64,000 nt of DNA, from IMG/VR virus record IMGVR_UViG_3300037420_000837, positions 1-64,000 of that record, one strand, 5' to 3'. Below the pieces are notes generated by a model. It made no database searches, was not told where the DNA came from, and was given only the letters and a program-made list of their open reading frames with translations. This document shows, one piece after another, positions 52,292 to 62,501 of this stretch (position 1 is the first letter of the stretch; every line of letters begins with the position of its first letter). The position numbers and the translations under genes are program-made. Source of the DNA: a virus.

Positions 52292-55200
52292 TTATTTTGT
52301 TTCAAGTTCAGGTCGAATATCTTCGTGGAAGAACCGAAGAATCTCAAGCTTCTGTTCGTGCAGGTCTTTGATTTGCTGCATCTTCTCTTCGGGCTTGAGG
52401 TCGTTGTCCTGCGCCACGCGTTTCATCTCTTCGCGAATGGCTCCAAGGTCCTTCTCCATCTGCGCGACTGCCTCGTGAGCTTCGACAAGTCGCTGCCTGC
52501 GAGGGTCTTCCAAGTACTGGTCCGCACGGTCAAAGTCCGTGGCGGCGAGATGGTTGAAAGTCCGGTTGAAGATTCGCGAGGATTCTGCCGTGCGGTAGAA
52601 CTCCTGCTCAAGGTTGACTTCCACTTGGTCGAGCTGAGAGCCGACAAAGCGGCGAGCAATCGGGCCGACTACCGGAGCCTTGGCCCACTCCTCGTTGCCG
52701 GAGAGCGGGATGCCTCCAGTGTCGTTGCGGTTTTGCCCTTGGAGGGAGTCTGCCATGTTCTTAGCAAAGCCTCCAACGCCGGTTGTGAAGGAATCGTAGG
52801 CGTGCTCGAAGCGCTTGGGTGAGGTGAGCATGTCACCGACCACAGGCATCTTGGCGAGGCCCTGCTCTTGCCCGGAGTTGTCGTAGATGACCTTCGTAAC
52901 CTTCTGAGCCGTGACCGAGGTGTTCGGGTCGGATTTCTCTGGGTTCTCAAGGTCTTCCATTCCCTTGCCTTCGATGGGGATACCACGGTAGGAATCGTAG
53001 TTGGCCGCCTGCTCGATGGGCTCTTTGAGGATGGGATTGAGAGAGCTGAGAGCTCCGCGTCCGAGACCTTCCCATGGGTTGGACGCCCGGATGTTGAACT
53101 GTCCCGGGACTACGTTTGAGACAAAGTCCAAGGTCGTCTGCTTCCAGTCGATGTTCTTGCGGTAGGTGTCTTCGACCGCAACCTCGATGGGGTTGTAAAT
53201 GACCTTCGCCCAGTGAGGCTTGGGGACCTTGACGTAGTTCATGCGGGTCTGGCCAGTGGTGGTATCGTAGACCGAGCCCAGCATGACGTACCAGTAGTTC
53301 GTCTTGTCCGTGTCGGAGACGTGGTCGATTTCGAGCGAGCCATCATCCCTGACGTATTGCGAGTTCCATTGGAACTGCGCCATCGCCATCAGGGTTGAGA
53401 CTCCGAGCAGACCTCCGGCCATCTTCGGGTCAGATATCATGCGCCCAATAGTTCGTCCGGTTCCCTGCAGGTTCGCATTGAAGAACATGTAGACGAGGTT
53501 GATGGCTGGGGAGAGAGTGCCCGAGGAGCCGAAGTCCGGAGAGCCTCCGAAGTTGCGGGTCTCCCAAGCAGCTTCCTTGGGTGACATCCCGATGCGCTGG
53601 TTGCGCTTGAAGGACATCAGCTTGGTGCTCTGCTCGACGAGGTCGTTGAAGTCCTCAACGGTCTCGATGGTGCGGATGACGTTGCCTGCGGTAGCTTCAG
53701 CGGCTGCCTTGCCGTAGCGGCCTTGGGAGGCCATCTCGATAGGCTTGGCGACCATCTGCTTGAGCGGGTCAACCACCGGACGGTGGAACTCCCGCACGGG
53801 TGAGAGGTTGCGTTGGAGCGTGGAGAAGCCTGCTCTGGAGCGCAGGAAGTCGAGGTACTGCTGGTCCTGTGAGGCCACAGACTTGAAGGCTGAGAGCCAA
53901 TCGGGGACGAAGGTAGCAATGCCTCGGAGGCTCCGAGCGCCGGATTTCGAGAGCCCAGCGTAATCGCCTGCGTCACGCACAAGGTTGGGCACCGAGAACG
54001 CGAGGTTGGCGAGGGTTGCGCCGGTACGGAAGACTGAGGCAGTCGCCCGCAAGAGAGTGCCGCCCACGACAGCGGTTGAAGCGGTCGAGGCGTTCTCGAT
54101 GGTCGAGGCGACGAACTCAGGGACTGCGTATTCGGTCTTGACGCCATCATGCCACGCCACAATGATACCCTCGTTGGGAGCGAGAGTGTGGCGAGTGGCA
54201 GGCTGGATGAGTTGGCCCCAGCCGTTGGGGTCGATGCCAGCAAGGTTTAGAACCGAGCGCACCACGTTGTTCTTCTGGACTTCCTTGTTGGCAATCTCAA
54301 TCTGACGGAGCGCTGCCTCAAAGGGGTCCTGGTTGTAGAGCGGGGAGCCCTCAAGTTCTTGGAGAGCCCTGCGGGTTTTGACCTCCAGAGACTTCGAGGA
54401 GTAGCGAATCTCCGCCTTCTGCATCTCGTCAAGGATACGCTGGAGCGGGATGTAACCTCGGCCTAGTTCAAGGCCTTTGTTGTAGATGCCTTCGGAGATG
54501 AGACCCGAGGCGTGGAGGCTGTCCCACGAGGTCTCAAGCTCTTGGTAGACTTGGTCTGCCCAGCGGTTAACGCGGTCCCAGTTCTCGGGTCCGAGAGACT
54601 CTCGGGTGAGCTGTAGGTCGCGAGCCACCTTGGCGCGGGTGTAGCCCTCGGGGACCACCGTGCTCTGGCGGAGTTTGTTGAGATATTCCCGAGCGTCGGC
54701 GCGGGCCATACGGGCCTTGCGCTTGAGCTCGACTACCTCTCGCATCTTCGAGCTGGATTCCACACGGTCTTGGATATCCATGGTGAGGTCCTTGGCTTGC
54801 TGCTTGTATTGCGCAGCCTCGTTCATCAGCTTGGACATCTTGCCTTGGACGTTGCGGATAGCGCGGTCGTAGGCACGGAGGTTGAGCGTGTCCTTGAGAG
54901 GACCAAGCAGACCTGAGTCTGCGGCCTCGCGGGAGATTTTGCCCAACACAATCCGAGACGCGTAGGAGACTCCAGCACCGCCTCCGTAGGCCATGCGGGA
55001 TTCTTTCCACGGGTCTTGGTCGATGTGAAGCTCGCGGATACCGGTGCGGTTCTGGAAGTCCTTGATGACATCCGGTGCGAACATTCGCAGGAAGCGATTG
55101 GGATTCTGGTTGAGGTAGACGAATTTGTCGTAGAGTTTTTGGAGAGCGTTGTAGGGGAGAGTCCGAAGGGTCTCGACTCGCTGCGGCTCTCGGGTCATGC

Positions 55201-58200
55201 CCTGCTCGTTACGGATGCGGGTGAGCTCAGCTGAGACTGCCGGGATTTGCTCGGCATCTTGCTTGGCGAGGGTCTCGACCACGGAGCCTAGGCCGAAGAA
55301 GTCTGCCTTGAGCGTGGACTTGTTGTCTACGTTGCGGACGAACTCCCGGGCTTTGGCCAAGGCCATCGGGTCGTTGGCCCCAAGGCCGTCCTTGTAGAGC
55401 TGCATGGCTTTTTCTAGAACAAAGGCCTTGCGCTCTTGAGACAGGTCTCTGAGGGCCAGTTGGCGCGAAATAACATCTGTACCGGCAGCCGGTAAACTAT
55501 CGCTGAGCGTCTTGGCGTTGACAAGCGCTTTGACGGCATCGTCGGAGAGCGGAGGCTTAGCGGCAGACTTCTGCTCCATTGCCCGGAACAGTTCGTTGTT
55601 GATGTCGATGAGTTGCTGGTGGGCGACGCCAGACTCCTCCATGACGTGCATCAAACGATTGATGGTCTTGAAGAGAGCAGGGTCGTCGGATTCTTTGAGA
55701 CCAGCAAATTTTTGGTAATGACGAGCTTGGAGCTGCTGGGCGATGCGGTCTCTGTACAAGGCCAGCAACGCCATGTGGGTGTCGGGCTTGTCCTTGAACG
55801 CACGGTCAATGTCGGCGGACTTGAGGCCGGTTTCGAGGAGCCTGACCTTCATCTTCTCACGCGGGTCGGTGATTTGAAGCTGGTCGCCCTCGGCACGCCA
55901 CGTGGAGAGCGGCGGAGCGCCCTCACGGGCCATGTCGTACATGGCCTTCATGCTAGCAGGTCCGGGCTCCCCGATGTACTTGTCGGCAAGTTTTTCTGCA
56001 AGGGCACGCTTGGCCGCCCCGTCGAGGTCCGGGCGTTCCTTGACGAAGTCGAGGATTTTCTCTACAACTATCTTGCCCGTCTCTGGGTCGAACTGGGTGA
56101 TATGGTTGAGCTTGTCGAGGAGGTTGGCGTTGGGGGAGAGCGCCTTGACATCAGACACAGAAGCCCCCTTAGGAGCTTCGGGCTTAGGGGCCTCAACCTT
56201 AGGCGCAGGACTTGCCGTGACGTTCTTGGCTTCCTCCACCTTGACGGTGTTTTGAGGAGTCGGCTTGCGTGCCTCGTCGATGGGCTTCGGAGCGACAACT
56301 TGCTCCCGCTGCTCAGGCCCTTCGGCCATGATGCGGTCGACCGGCTGCACATATTTCTTCGAGCCCGACCGGAACTTGACTTTCTCGCCGTCGATGCTCT
56401 CGATAATGCCACGCAGCACGGTGCCGGTGGGCAACTTGACAGCCACACTGTCCCCGGGCTTGCGTTCCACTAAGGGGGCTTTTTGGTCTGATGATACAGA
56501 GCTTACAAGCTTCTCCGGAGCCACAGCCTTGAGCCTTGCCGCCACCTTCTCCAGCACCGTCTCAACTGTGTGCGTCGCCTGCCCGAGCTGCTCAAGCCGC
56601 TTGTTGTAAGCGTTCATGAGCGCGATGTTCGGATTGTTCTCTGGGTTGATGAGCTTCGAGTTGTCGGCCTTGGCAATCTTCTTAGCCAGCGCGGGCATAG
56701 CCTTGCGGATTTCAGCGCCGGTCATCGAAGCAATCTTGGTGTCGAACTTCGTGAAGGTATCCTTGAGACCTTCTTGGTAGAAGTAATCCGAGAAGTACCG
56801 GCCCTGCGGGAGGGCTTTGGAGGGACTAAGGTCCGGCTCACGCTCCGGCAGGAGCACTTCCTTGGCCTGCACGGCCTTGCGCACGGCGTCCGTAGCCACG
56901 GCTGCGAGGCGCTTGTTGCGCTCGTCCGCGAGGCGTTTTTGGACGGCCTCGACACCTTTGTAACCAAATTTTTCGCGCAGGAGTCCCGTGTCCCTGTAGA
57001 GATGGCCGAGCTCGTCAGAGGAAAGATGCTCAAGCTGGCGCTTGCCAGAGACTAGGTCGGTCAAGACCTCGCGATTGATTTTCTCTTGCACCCCTGAGAC
57101 CTTGGACAGATTCTCAATGGAGCGGTTGATGACCTCAGCTTTCTGTTGGAGCTTGTCGGCAGCGGCTCGGATTGGCTCGCGGTTCTGCTCGCGGATGAGT
57201 TCCTTGGCGGCCTTAGGGTCGACGGCCTTGAGCTCGCGTAGTTGCTCACGCGCAGCACGGTCCTCAGGAGACAAGCTACGCTCGTCCCCAATGAGCGTTC
57301 GCGGTTTCTTGCCGGTGATGGTCTGCAAGGTGCGGAGAGAAATCTCCGGAAGGATGCTCTTACCTTGGCCCTTCCGGAAGGGGTAATTGATTATGACCGG
57401 AGTCTTGTTCTCAAGGATGCTCTCGTACTGAGAAATGATTTCCGGATTGATGGCAGGGATGACACCACTGTCAACGTCTGCCTTGATTTTCTGAAGCTCC
57501 TTGCGGATGAACTCGTGGGCCTCTTCGACCTGAGCCTTCTGACGAGGAGTGGTGTAGCGTTGCAAGCGCTGGATGTAGGGCTTGCTCTGGTCTTGAACAT
57601 CCCCGAGGGCTTGATGGATGGCCCGCTTCTCCGCCTTGATGGAGGTTGGAAGCTGGTCACGGAGCTCCTTAGCTACGGTGTCTGAGGCGACTAGGTTGTC
57701 AAGGAACTGCTTGCCTTTGAGGGTAGTGTCCCGAGCGGTCTTGAGGTCGCCCAGCAGAGTCCGAGCATCGGCGTCGCCGAGAGCTGCGTGATACTCCGTC
57801 TGGGTGGCTTTGATTTGTTTCTCAAGCCTCGCATTGTCTTTGTTGAGGAACGCGACCTGATTGTCTCTGAGCAGCCCTCGTTCATGCCCCTTGGCCACCG
57901 CTTGGTCGTGCTTGGCCAACATCTTCTTGTTGGTCAGGTAGCGCTCTTGAAGGTCTCCGAGCTTGGCTTGGAGTTCAGTGGCTTTGGCTTGGTCTGTCTG
58001 CTTGACAGGCTCAATGCCTTTCGCCATATCTTCGCCTGTGCCGGGGCCGACTTTCTCCGCCCGAATGACACTCGCTAACTTCCGTGAGTACTTGTTGAGC
58101 GTAGCGGGGTTGCTTCCCTGATAGGGCTCAAAGCTCCCGTCAGAGAATACCCGAGCAACGCTCCCGCCACGCTTCTCAAGCGCAGGAGAGATGTCGGGCT

Positions 58201-60007
58201 GCTTGCCTAGGAATGTGATGTCTCCGCTAGGAGAGACGTGATAGAACTGCCCCGGACGGCTTATTTCTTCCGAGCTGAGCGCTCCATTGCCCCCTGCAGC
58301 GACGGTCTGTTCCGCTGTAGGTTGTGCTCCTGACGCTTCAGGCTTCGCCGCTGGGCTCGGGCGCGGGCCTTGGACTTGGGCTCCAGCAGGTTTCTGGCGC
58401 TTCTCCTTTTGCGCGTCCAAGATTCCCGCCAACGCGTCCGCTGCGGCGGTGTCACCAAGTTCTCTGGCTTTATCCAGTTGCTTCGAGAGTTTCGCAAACT
58501 CGTAGTCCGTGAGGGGTTCCCCGGGTTTAGATAATTGTCTATCGTCGCGCTGAGAGGTCTGTCGTTGCGGAAGTGGGATAGGTAAGCGCAGGCGGTCAAA
58601 CGCATCGAGATGTTTCGTCATCAAGTCGCCACGTCCCCGAGCGTAAGCAATACGCCCCTCCGAGTCGGCTACAACGAATAGTTTCTCGGGATTGGAGCCC
58701 AAGAATTTATTGAAACGTGAAGGTGGGATGGAAGACTTAACCTCCCGGACGCCTCGGTCATCAAACTCAAAGAAACGCGACTTCGCCAGCGTGCTGCCGA
58801 ATCCCGGAGCCGTCTCGGAGGGCGCGACCCCCTCGTTCTTCGGGAATAGGGTTTCTCCGTGCTCTGCATTGAACTTGACCATGAACTCTGCAAAAGCTTG
58901 GGGCCCTGCTTGCATGGCCTGTTCAAAACCTTCTTTGAAGCCCGGGACGACCTCCGCACGTTTAATGAAATCACGTGCAGCATCCAGCTCCATACGCATC
59001 CGACGGAGACGCCGCTCGCCCATCTGCTCCACCTCCGCCATGCTCTGAGCGAAAGTTTCAGTTTTAGGGGAGATTGGCGTAGGAGCCGGTTTAACGGCCT
59101 GCTGCGCCTTCGATGGGGGTTGGGCCGTTCCAGCTTGCTCTTGCGGCACTGCGCCCGATTCTGCCACACTGGCAGGGGTTTCCGCAACCAGCTTACCTTG
59201 AATCGGGGCTGTGGATTTCTGCTTTGCCTCCTCCAATTTAGGGGAGCGGAAAGCCTCGACGCCGTGTAGGATGGGGTCGGTAAGCGGGAGCATCCCGGCG
59301 AAGTTACCGCCGAACTCTTGGGCCTCAGGGGAGAAGCCCCGGGCCTTGAGCTCTTGGACGGTTGTCTCAGAGGCTACTCCAGAGGCTGTCAGAGCTACTG
59401 CAGTCCGGATAGGCTGGGTGACAAATGACCCTGCAATCAGCGGGGTAGCCATCCCACCGGCACCCGAGAGCACCTCGGAACCAGCCTTGAGCTTTTCTTT
59501 CTTATACTCCGGAAGGTTTTGGGTGGCCTTGCCTTGGAAGGTCGCCGCAAGCTGCTTGGCGTCCGCTTTGGCCGAGCGGCCTACACCTTTCGTGAAGCGG
59601 ATAGCGCCCGGGACTCCGGTCTGTTCCAGCTCCTCTCCGAGGTGTTGTTCGGTGGAGGCTGTGGCCAGTTGGTCTCGATAAGCCCCGAGGTCTTTGCGGG
59701 TGATGGTGTTTGCGTCCGTCAGGTCAAAGGCATCGAGGTCAGCTTGGGAGGCGTTCTGGTAGTAGAGATGCCCGTAAGCCTGCCCGTACTCCGGAGTTTC
59801 CGAGAGCTTGCTCAAGCCGAGAGGCATGGGAGCCCGAGGGGCAGGCGGGACGAAGTCCTTATCAAAACCCCCAAAACGCTCAATCGCGACCCGAGCGTTA
59901 GCTTCCTGCTGGGCATTGAGTTTGCCAGAGGAGACCAGCGTTTGGAGTCGCGACCTAAGCATCTCCCGGTCATCCGGGTGAAGTGTATCTACGATATTGT
60001 CAGCCAA
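52292..60007 (-). CDS. giant virion-type protein (2571 aa), mostly helical/coiled-coil; candidate internal/ejection or tape-measure-like protein
   Basis: single uninterrupted ORF; N-terminal half rich in KAEL coiled-coil heptads; no polymerase, SLT or other catalytic motif recognised. Confidence 0.65.
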   Translation of the reverse strand: MADNIVDTLHPDDREMLRSRLQTLVSSGKLNAQQEANARVAIERFGGFDKDFVPPAPRAPMPLGLSKLSETPEYGQAYGHLYYQNASQADLDAFDLTDANTITRKDLGAYRDQLATASTEQHLGEELEQTGVPGAIRFTKGVGRSAKADAKQLAATFQGKATQNLPEYKKEKLKAGSEVLSGAGGMATPLIAGSFVTQPIRTAVALTASGVASETTVQELKARGFSPEAQEFGGNFAGMLPLTDPILHGVEAFRSPKLEEAKQKSTAPIQGKLVAETPASVAESGAVPQEQAGTAQPPSKAQQAVKPAPTPISPKTETFAQSMAEVEQMGERRLRRMRMELDAARDFIKRAEVVPGFKEGFEQAMQAGPQAFAEFMVKFNAEHGETLFPKNEGVAPSETAPGFGSTLAKSRFFEFDDRGVREVKSSIPPSRFNKFLGSNPEKLFVVADSEGRIAYARGRGDLMTKHLDAFDRLRLPIPLPQRQTSQRDDRQLSKPGEPLTDYEFAKLSKQLDKARELGDTAAADALAGILDAQKEKRQKPAGAQVQGPRPSPAAKPEASGAQPTAEQTVAAGGNGALSSEEISRPGQFYHVSPSGDITFLGKQPDISPALEKRGGSVARVFSDGSFEPYQGSNPATLNKYSRKLASVIRAEKVGPGTGEDMAKGIEPVKQTDQAKATELQAKLGDLQERYLTNKKMLAKHDQAVAKGHERGLLRDNQVAFLNKDNARLEKQIKATQTEYHAALGDADARTLLGDLKTARDTTLKGKQFLDNLVASDTVAKELRDQLPTSIKAEKRAIHQALGDVQDQSKPYIQRLQRYTTPRQKAQVEEAHEFIRKELQKIKADVDSGVIPAINPEIISQYESILENKTPVIINYPFRKGQGKSILPEISLRTLQTITGKKPRTLIGDERSLSPEDRAAREQLRELKAVDPKAAKELIREQNREPIRAAADKLQQKAEVINRSIENLSKVSGVQEKINREVLTDLVSGKRQLEHLSSDELGHLYRDTGLLREKFGYKGVEAVQKRLADERNKRLAAVATDAVRKAVQAKEVLLPEREPDLSPSKALPQGRYFSDYFYQEGLKDTFTKFDTKIASMTGAEIRKAMPALAKKIAKADNSKLINPENNPNIALMNAYNKRLEQLGQATHTVETVLEKVAARLKAVAPEKLVSSVSSDQKAPLVERKPGDSVAVKLPTGTVLRGIIESIDGEKVKFRSGSKKYVQPVDRIMAEGPEQREQVVAPKPIDEARKPTPQNTVKVEEAKNVTASPAPKVEAPKPEAPKGASVSDVKALSPNANLLDKLNHITQFDPETGKIVVEKILDFVKERPDLDGAAKRALAEKLADKYIGEPGPASMKAMYDMAREGAPPLSTWRAEGDQLQITDPREKMKVRLLETGLKSADIDRAFKDKPDTHMALLALYRDRIAQQLQARHYQKFAGLKESDDPALFKTINRLMHVMEESGVAHQQLIDINNELFRAMEQKSAAKPPLSDDAVKALVNAKTLSDSLPAAGTDVISRQLALRDLSQERKAFVLEKAMQLYKDGLGANDPMALAKAREFVRNVDNKSTLKADFFGLGSVVETLAKQDAEQIPAVSAELTRIRNEQGMTREPQRVETLRTLPYNALQKLYDKFVYLNQNPNRFLRMFAPDVIKDFQNRTGIRELHIDQDPWKESRMAYGGGAGVSYASRIVLGKISREAADSGLLGPLKDTLNLRAYDRAIRNVQGKMSKLMNEAAQYKQQAKDLTMDIQDRVESSSKMREVVELKRKARMARADAREYLNKLRQSTVVPEGYTRAKVARDLQLTRESLGPENWDRVNRWADQVYQELETSWDSLHASGLISEGIYNKGLELGRGYIPLQRILDEMQKAEIRYSSKSLEVKTRRALQELEGSPLYNQDPFEAALRQIEIANKEVQKNNVVRSVLNLAGIDPNGWGQLIQPATRHTLAPNEGIIVAWHDGVKTEYAVPEFVASTIENASTASTAVVGGTLLRATASVFRTGATLANLAFSVPNLVRDAGDYAGLSKSGARSLRGIATFVPDWLSAFKSVASQDQQYLDFLRSRAGFSTLQRNLSPVREFHRPVVDPLKQMVAKPIEMASQGRYGKAAAEATAGNVIRTIETVEDFNDLVEQSTKLMSFKRNQRIGMSPKEAAWETRNFGGSPDFGSSGTLSPAINLVYMFFNANLQGTGRTIGRMISDPKMAGGLLGVSTLMAMAQFQWNSQYVRDDGSLEIDHVSDTDKTNYWYVMLGSVYDTTTGQTRMNYVKVPKPHWAKVIYNPIEVAVEDTYRKNIDWKQTTLDFVSNVVPGQFNIRASNPWEGLGRGALSSLNPILKEPIEQAANYDSYRGIPIEGKGMEDLENPEKSDPNTSVTAQKVTKVIYDNSGQEQGLAKMPVVGDMLTSPKRFEHAYDSFTTGVGGFAKNMADSLQGQNRNDTGGIPLSGNEEWAKAPVVGPIARRFVGSQLDQVEVNLEQEFYRTAESSRIFNRTFNHLAATDFDRADQYLEDPRRQRLVEAHEAVAQMEKDLGAIREEMKRVAQDNDLKPEEKMQQIKDLHEQKLEILRFFHEDIRPELETK
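56470..56493 (-). repeat. 25-nt motif copy inside giant gene, co-oriented, translated as SSDQKAPL
   Basis: CTAAGGGGGCTTTTTGGTCTGATG on plus strand. Confidence 0.85.
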
Positions 60008-60009
60008 GG

Positions 60010-61176
60010 TTAATTACCTATTGCGTTCTTGATGATGTTGTCGACTTGCTCTGGCGTCAATCGTGGGGCTGCACTTGGCGCTGACGGAGAAGGTGCGACA
60101 GCTTTGCTGGGCGTCTTCTTGCCAGAGGATTTAGAGAAGGCTCCCCCTGAGGGGTCGACTCCTTGGTGGGATTCCTTGAAGGTGTCTACGATACCTTGGT
60201 TGTACTTCTCCCATTCACTGGGATTCTTGTAGTCCTTGATGCCGAGACGTTTGGCTTGGAGGGCGGTTTTGTAACCTCCCTTGGGGTCGAGGAGTTGGTT
60301 CTTGGCGAGCTCCCAATCAGCGGTGATTATGCGCTGGTCGGTGTCGGAAAGGCCGCCGTTCCTGCGGTCGACTGCGGTGGTGGCTCCGGCTCGGCTGCCT
60401 GCCTGCTGGCCTGCCATCACAGAAGCAAGACGCTGGGTTTCAGTTGCGAATCCCGTGGGGTCTTCCTCTGGGTCGAAGCCGTTGGCAAACGCGAGACGCT
60501 CCGGGAGAGTCTTGAGACCTCCACCGTATGCTAAGCCCTTTCCGGGAATTCCCGGAATCTTAACTGCGGCTCCGTCTGCGGTGATGCCATACAAGCCATC
60601 AGTGCGGTTCTCGTAGTGTTGGTAGGCTTTGCCTTGGTTGGCCAAGGCTCTCCCACCATTCATGAAGTACGCCGCGTGACCAAGCTTGTAGTAGGAATCC
60701 GCGAGTTTGTCTTCCAAGCCAATCTTCTGCATCTCGATATTGAGAGGCATCTGGGCTCGGGCAATATACTCTTGGCGCTGTTGCTGAGCGCCCCCTACAA
60801 GTCCCCGGGCTACGTTAGCGATGTTGTCGCCAGCGTTCATGGAGCTGGGCCCCATGTTGCTCAAGGCAAAGAGGCCGTTCTCGATTCCCCGCGAGAGCGC
60901 GGGATGGTCAGCGAAGTACCCGTTGTTGGGGAGAATCAGATTCGGACCAGAGCGAGGCAGGTTCGCCTGCATCTGGTTGAAGACATTTTCGTACGGGGAC
61001 ATGCGCTGTTTGACAGCGTCCATCAGGTCGATGTAGGTGTCGCCGTAGCGGGCGTTGACAAAGTCGCCGCCTCCGTAATCCCCGCTGAGAGGAGCCTGTT
61101 GCTGGACAGGCATTCTGTAACCGCTGGCGGGATTGAAGAGGTTGGCAAGGCCAGAAAATACGTTTGAGAAACCCAT
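60010..61176 (-). CDS. hypothetical virion protein (Gly/Gln/Asn-rich)
   Basis: 388 aa, low-complexity C-terminus. Confidence 0.45.
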   Translation of the reverse strand: MGFSNVFSGLANLFNPASGYRMPVQQQAPLSGDYGGGDFVNARYGDTYIDLMDAVKQRMSPYENVFNQMQANLPRSGPNLILPNNGYFADHPALSRGIENGLFALSNMGPSSMNAGDNIANVARGLVGGAQQQRQEYIARAQMPLNIEMQKIGLEDKLADSYYKLGHAAYFMNGGRALANQGKAYQHYENRTDGLYGITADGAAVKIPGIPGKGLAYGGGLKTLPERLAFANGFDPEEDPTGFATETQRLASVMAGQQAGSRAGATTAVDRRNGGLSDTDQRIITADWELAKNQLLDPKGGYKTALQAKRLGIKDYKNPSEWEKYNQGIVDTFKESHQGVDPSGGAFSKSSGKKTPSKAVAPSPSAPSAAPRLTPEQVDNIIKNAIGN

Positions 61177-61179
61177 GGT

Positions 61180-61872
61180 TTAACCTCTGAATCCCGGCCC
61201 GAATAGGTTGGAGTAACTGGAAGGTTGCGCGACGAAGGAACGGGAGAAGCTGCCGCCCATGTAGGGCTGCGAGGCGTAACTTGTCGAGAACGGATTCCCC
61301 CAGAGGTTGCCGCCAATGTTGCTTGCAATACCTGCGCCTGTGGCCGCAATCTTGCCGCCCAACGAACCGGCCTGTGCCGCCATAGAAGCTCCGCCCGTCA
61401 TGATACCGGTGGCAACTCCGAGGCCAGCGCCTACGACCTGCGGGAGCCACGTGCCAAGACCTGAGGTTTTCTCAACTGACTCTTGTCCGGTCTGGAGAGG
61501 CTTGTAGTTCATTGCCTGACCGCTGGCCGCCATGCGGCGGTTCTCGGCGTCGAAGAGTCCATTGAGGAAGATGTTGGATTCGCTCGCGGAGTTCGCTCGG
61601 TCCTGCGCGGCAGCAAGCTGCTGCATCGCTCCGGAGTTATTTGCGGTGCCCATCATCTGCCCACGTTGGAACAGGTTCTGCATCCCGCGCTGGTTAATCT
61701 TTTGCTGTTGACCAAGTGCCATCTGCAAGTTCTGGTTAAAGTAACTTGCCGTGAGGGGGTCCTTCATATAATCAGTCAGAGTGTTCTGAATCGGAGTCTG
61801 CAGAGTATTGAAGGTGTTCATACTCGGCTGATTATATGTATTGGTTGTCTTGGTCTCTTTTTTGCTTCCCAT
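61180..61872 (-). CDS. hypothetical virion protein, Gln/Asn-rich with glycine-zipper C-terminus
   Basis: GAGLGVATGIMTGGASMAAQAGSLGGKIAATGAGIASNIGG. Confidence 0.45.
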   Translation of the reverse strand: MGSKKETKTTNTYNQPSMNTFNTLQTPIQNTLTDYMKDPLTASYFNQNLQMALGQQQKINQRGMQNLFQRGQMMGTANNSGAMQQLAAAQDRANSASESNIFLNGLFDAENRRMAASGQAMNYKPLQTGQESVEKTSGLGTWLPQVVGAGLGVATGIMTGGASMAAQAGSLGGKIAATGAGIASNIGGNLWGNPFSTSYASQPYMGGSFSRSFVAQPSSYSNLFGPGFRG

Positions 61873-61881
61873 CGGGAGTCC

Positions 61882-62232
61882 TTAGAGATTCTTCTTGAAG
61901 CGGTATTCAGCGGTTGGGCTGGTTTGTTCCCCGCCCCAGTTCTTGATAACCTTCTGCCACTTCTCGTCAGCGGTGTCGACGTTGAAGTAATAGAAAGGAA
62001 CTCCTTGGAACCTGAGCATGTTTTCTAAGCCCCAGATGAACAGGGCCTTTCGCGAGTCGGGAGCCGAGGCGTCGAAGAACACAGGGTCAATCTCCGTGAC
62101 TGTTCGGATGACTGCGTAGTCTGTCTTCCCGTCGCGTCCGTCCATGGCCACTACAATACATCCCGGGCCAAGGTCAGACTTCCCTTTCAGATTCTCAACT
62201 TCTTCAGGTTTCGCAAGGCGGATTGGTTCCAT
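61882..62232 (-). CDS. hypothetical protein
   Basis: 116 aa ORF. Confidence 0.4.
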   Translation of the reverse strand: MEPIRLAKPEEVENLKGKSDLGPGCIVVAMDGRDGKTDYAVIRTVTEIDPVFFDASAPDSRKALFIWGLENMLRFQGVPFYYFNVDTADEKWQKVIKNWGGEQTSPTAEYRFKKNL

Positions 62233-62501
62233 TATCTGTCCTCTAACTTGATAAACTCAATCGGCGGGGTAGGCTCGTCGAGGACGATACCTAGCTTCTC
62301 GCAGATACGTTGCTGCGCATGGTAGATATGGGGAAGGTGGTTTGTCGCCATGCTCTCGACAAACTGCCTAGAAATCTCGTTTGCAACTGATTGCCGGATA
62401 AACCAACGTACGACTTGGATACAGTACTTCGTTAGGGTGGCAGCTCCAACGAGTATGGCTACTCCAGAGCTGGTTGCAAGGACGAGGGACGTGGTTGACA
62501 T
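62232..62501 (-). CDS. small membrane protein
   Basis: 89 aa, C-terminal TM helices; motif copy immediately upstream of ATG. Confidence 0.4.
   Translation of the reverse strand: MSTTSLVLATSSGVAILVGAATLTKYCIQVVRWFIRQSVANEISRQFVESMATNHLPHIYHAQQRICEKLGIVLDEPTPPIEFIKLEDR

Noticed and set aside
52292-60007. Giant ORF as an N4-like virion RNA polymerase, which would explain the hairpin-containing promoter-like motifs
   Set aside because: Scanning the 2571-aa sequence I found no T7/N4-type motifs (D-x2-GR, RxxxKxxxxxxxYG, HDS); the composition is coiled-coil/structural. The phage-encoded sigma factor is a better candidate for motif recognition.
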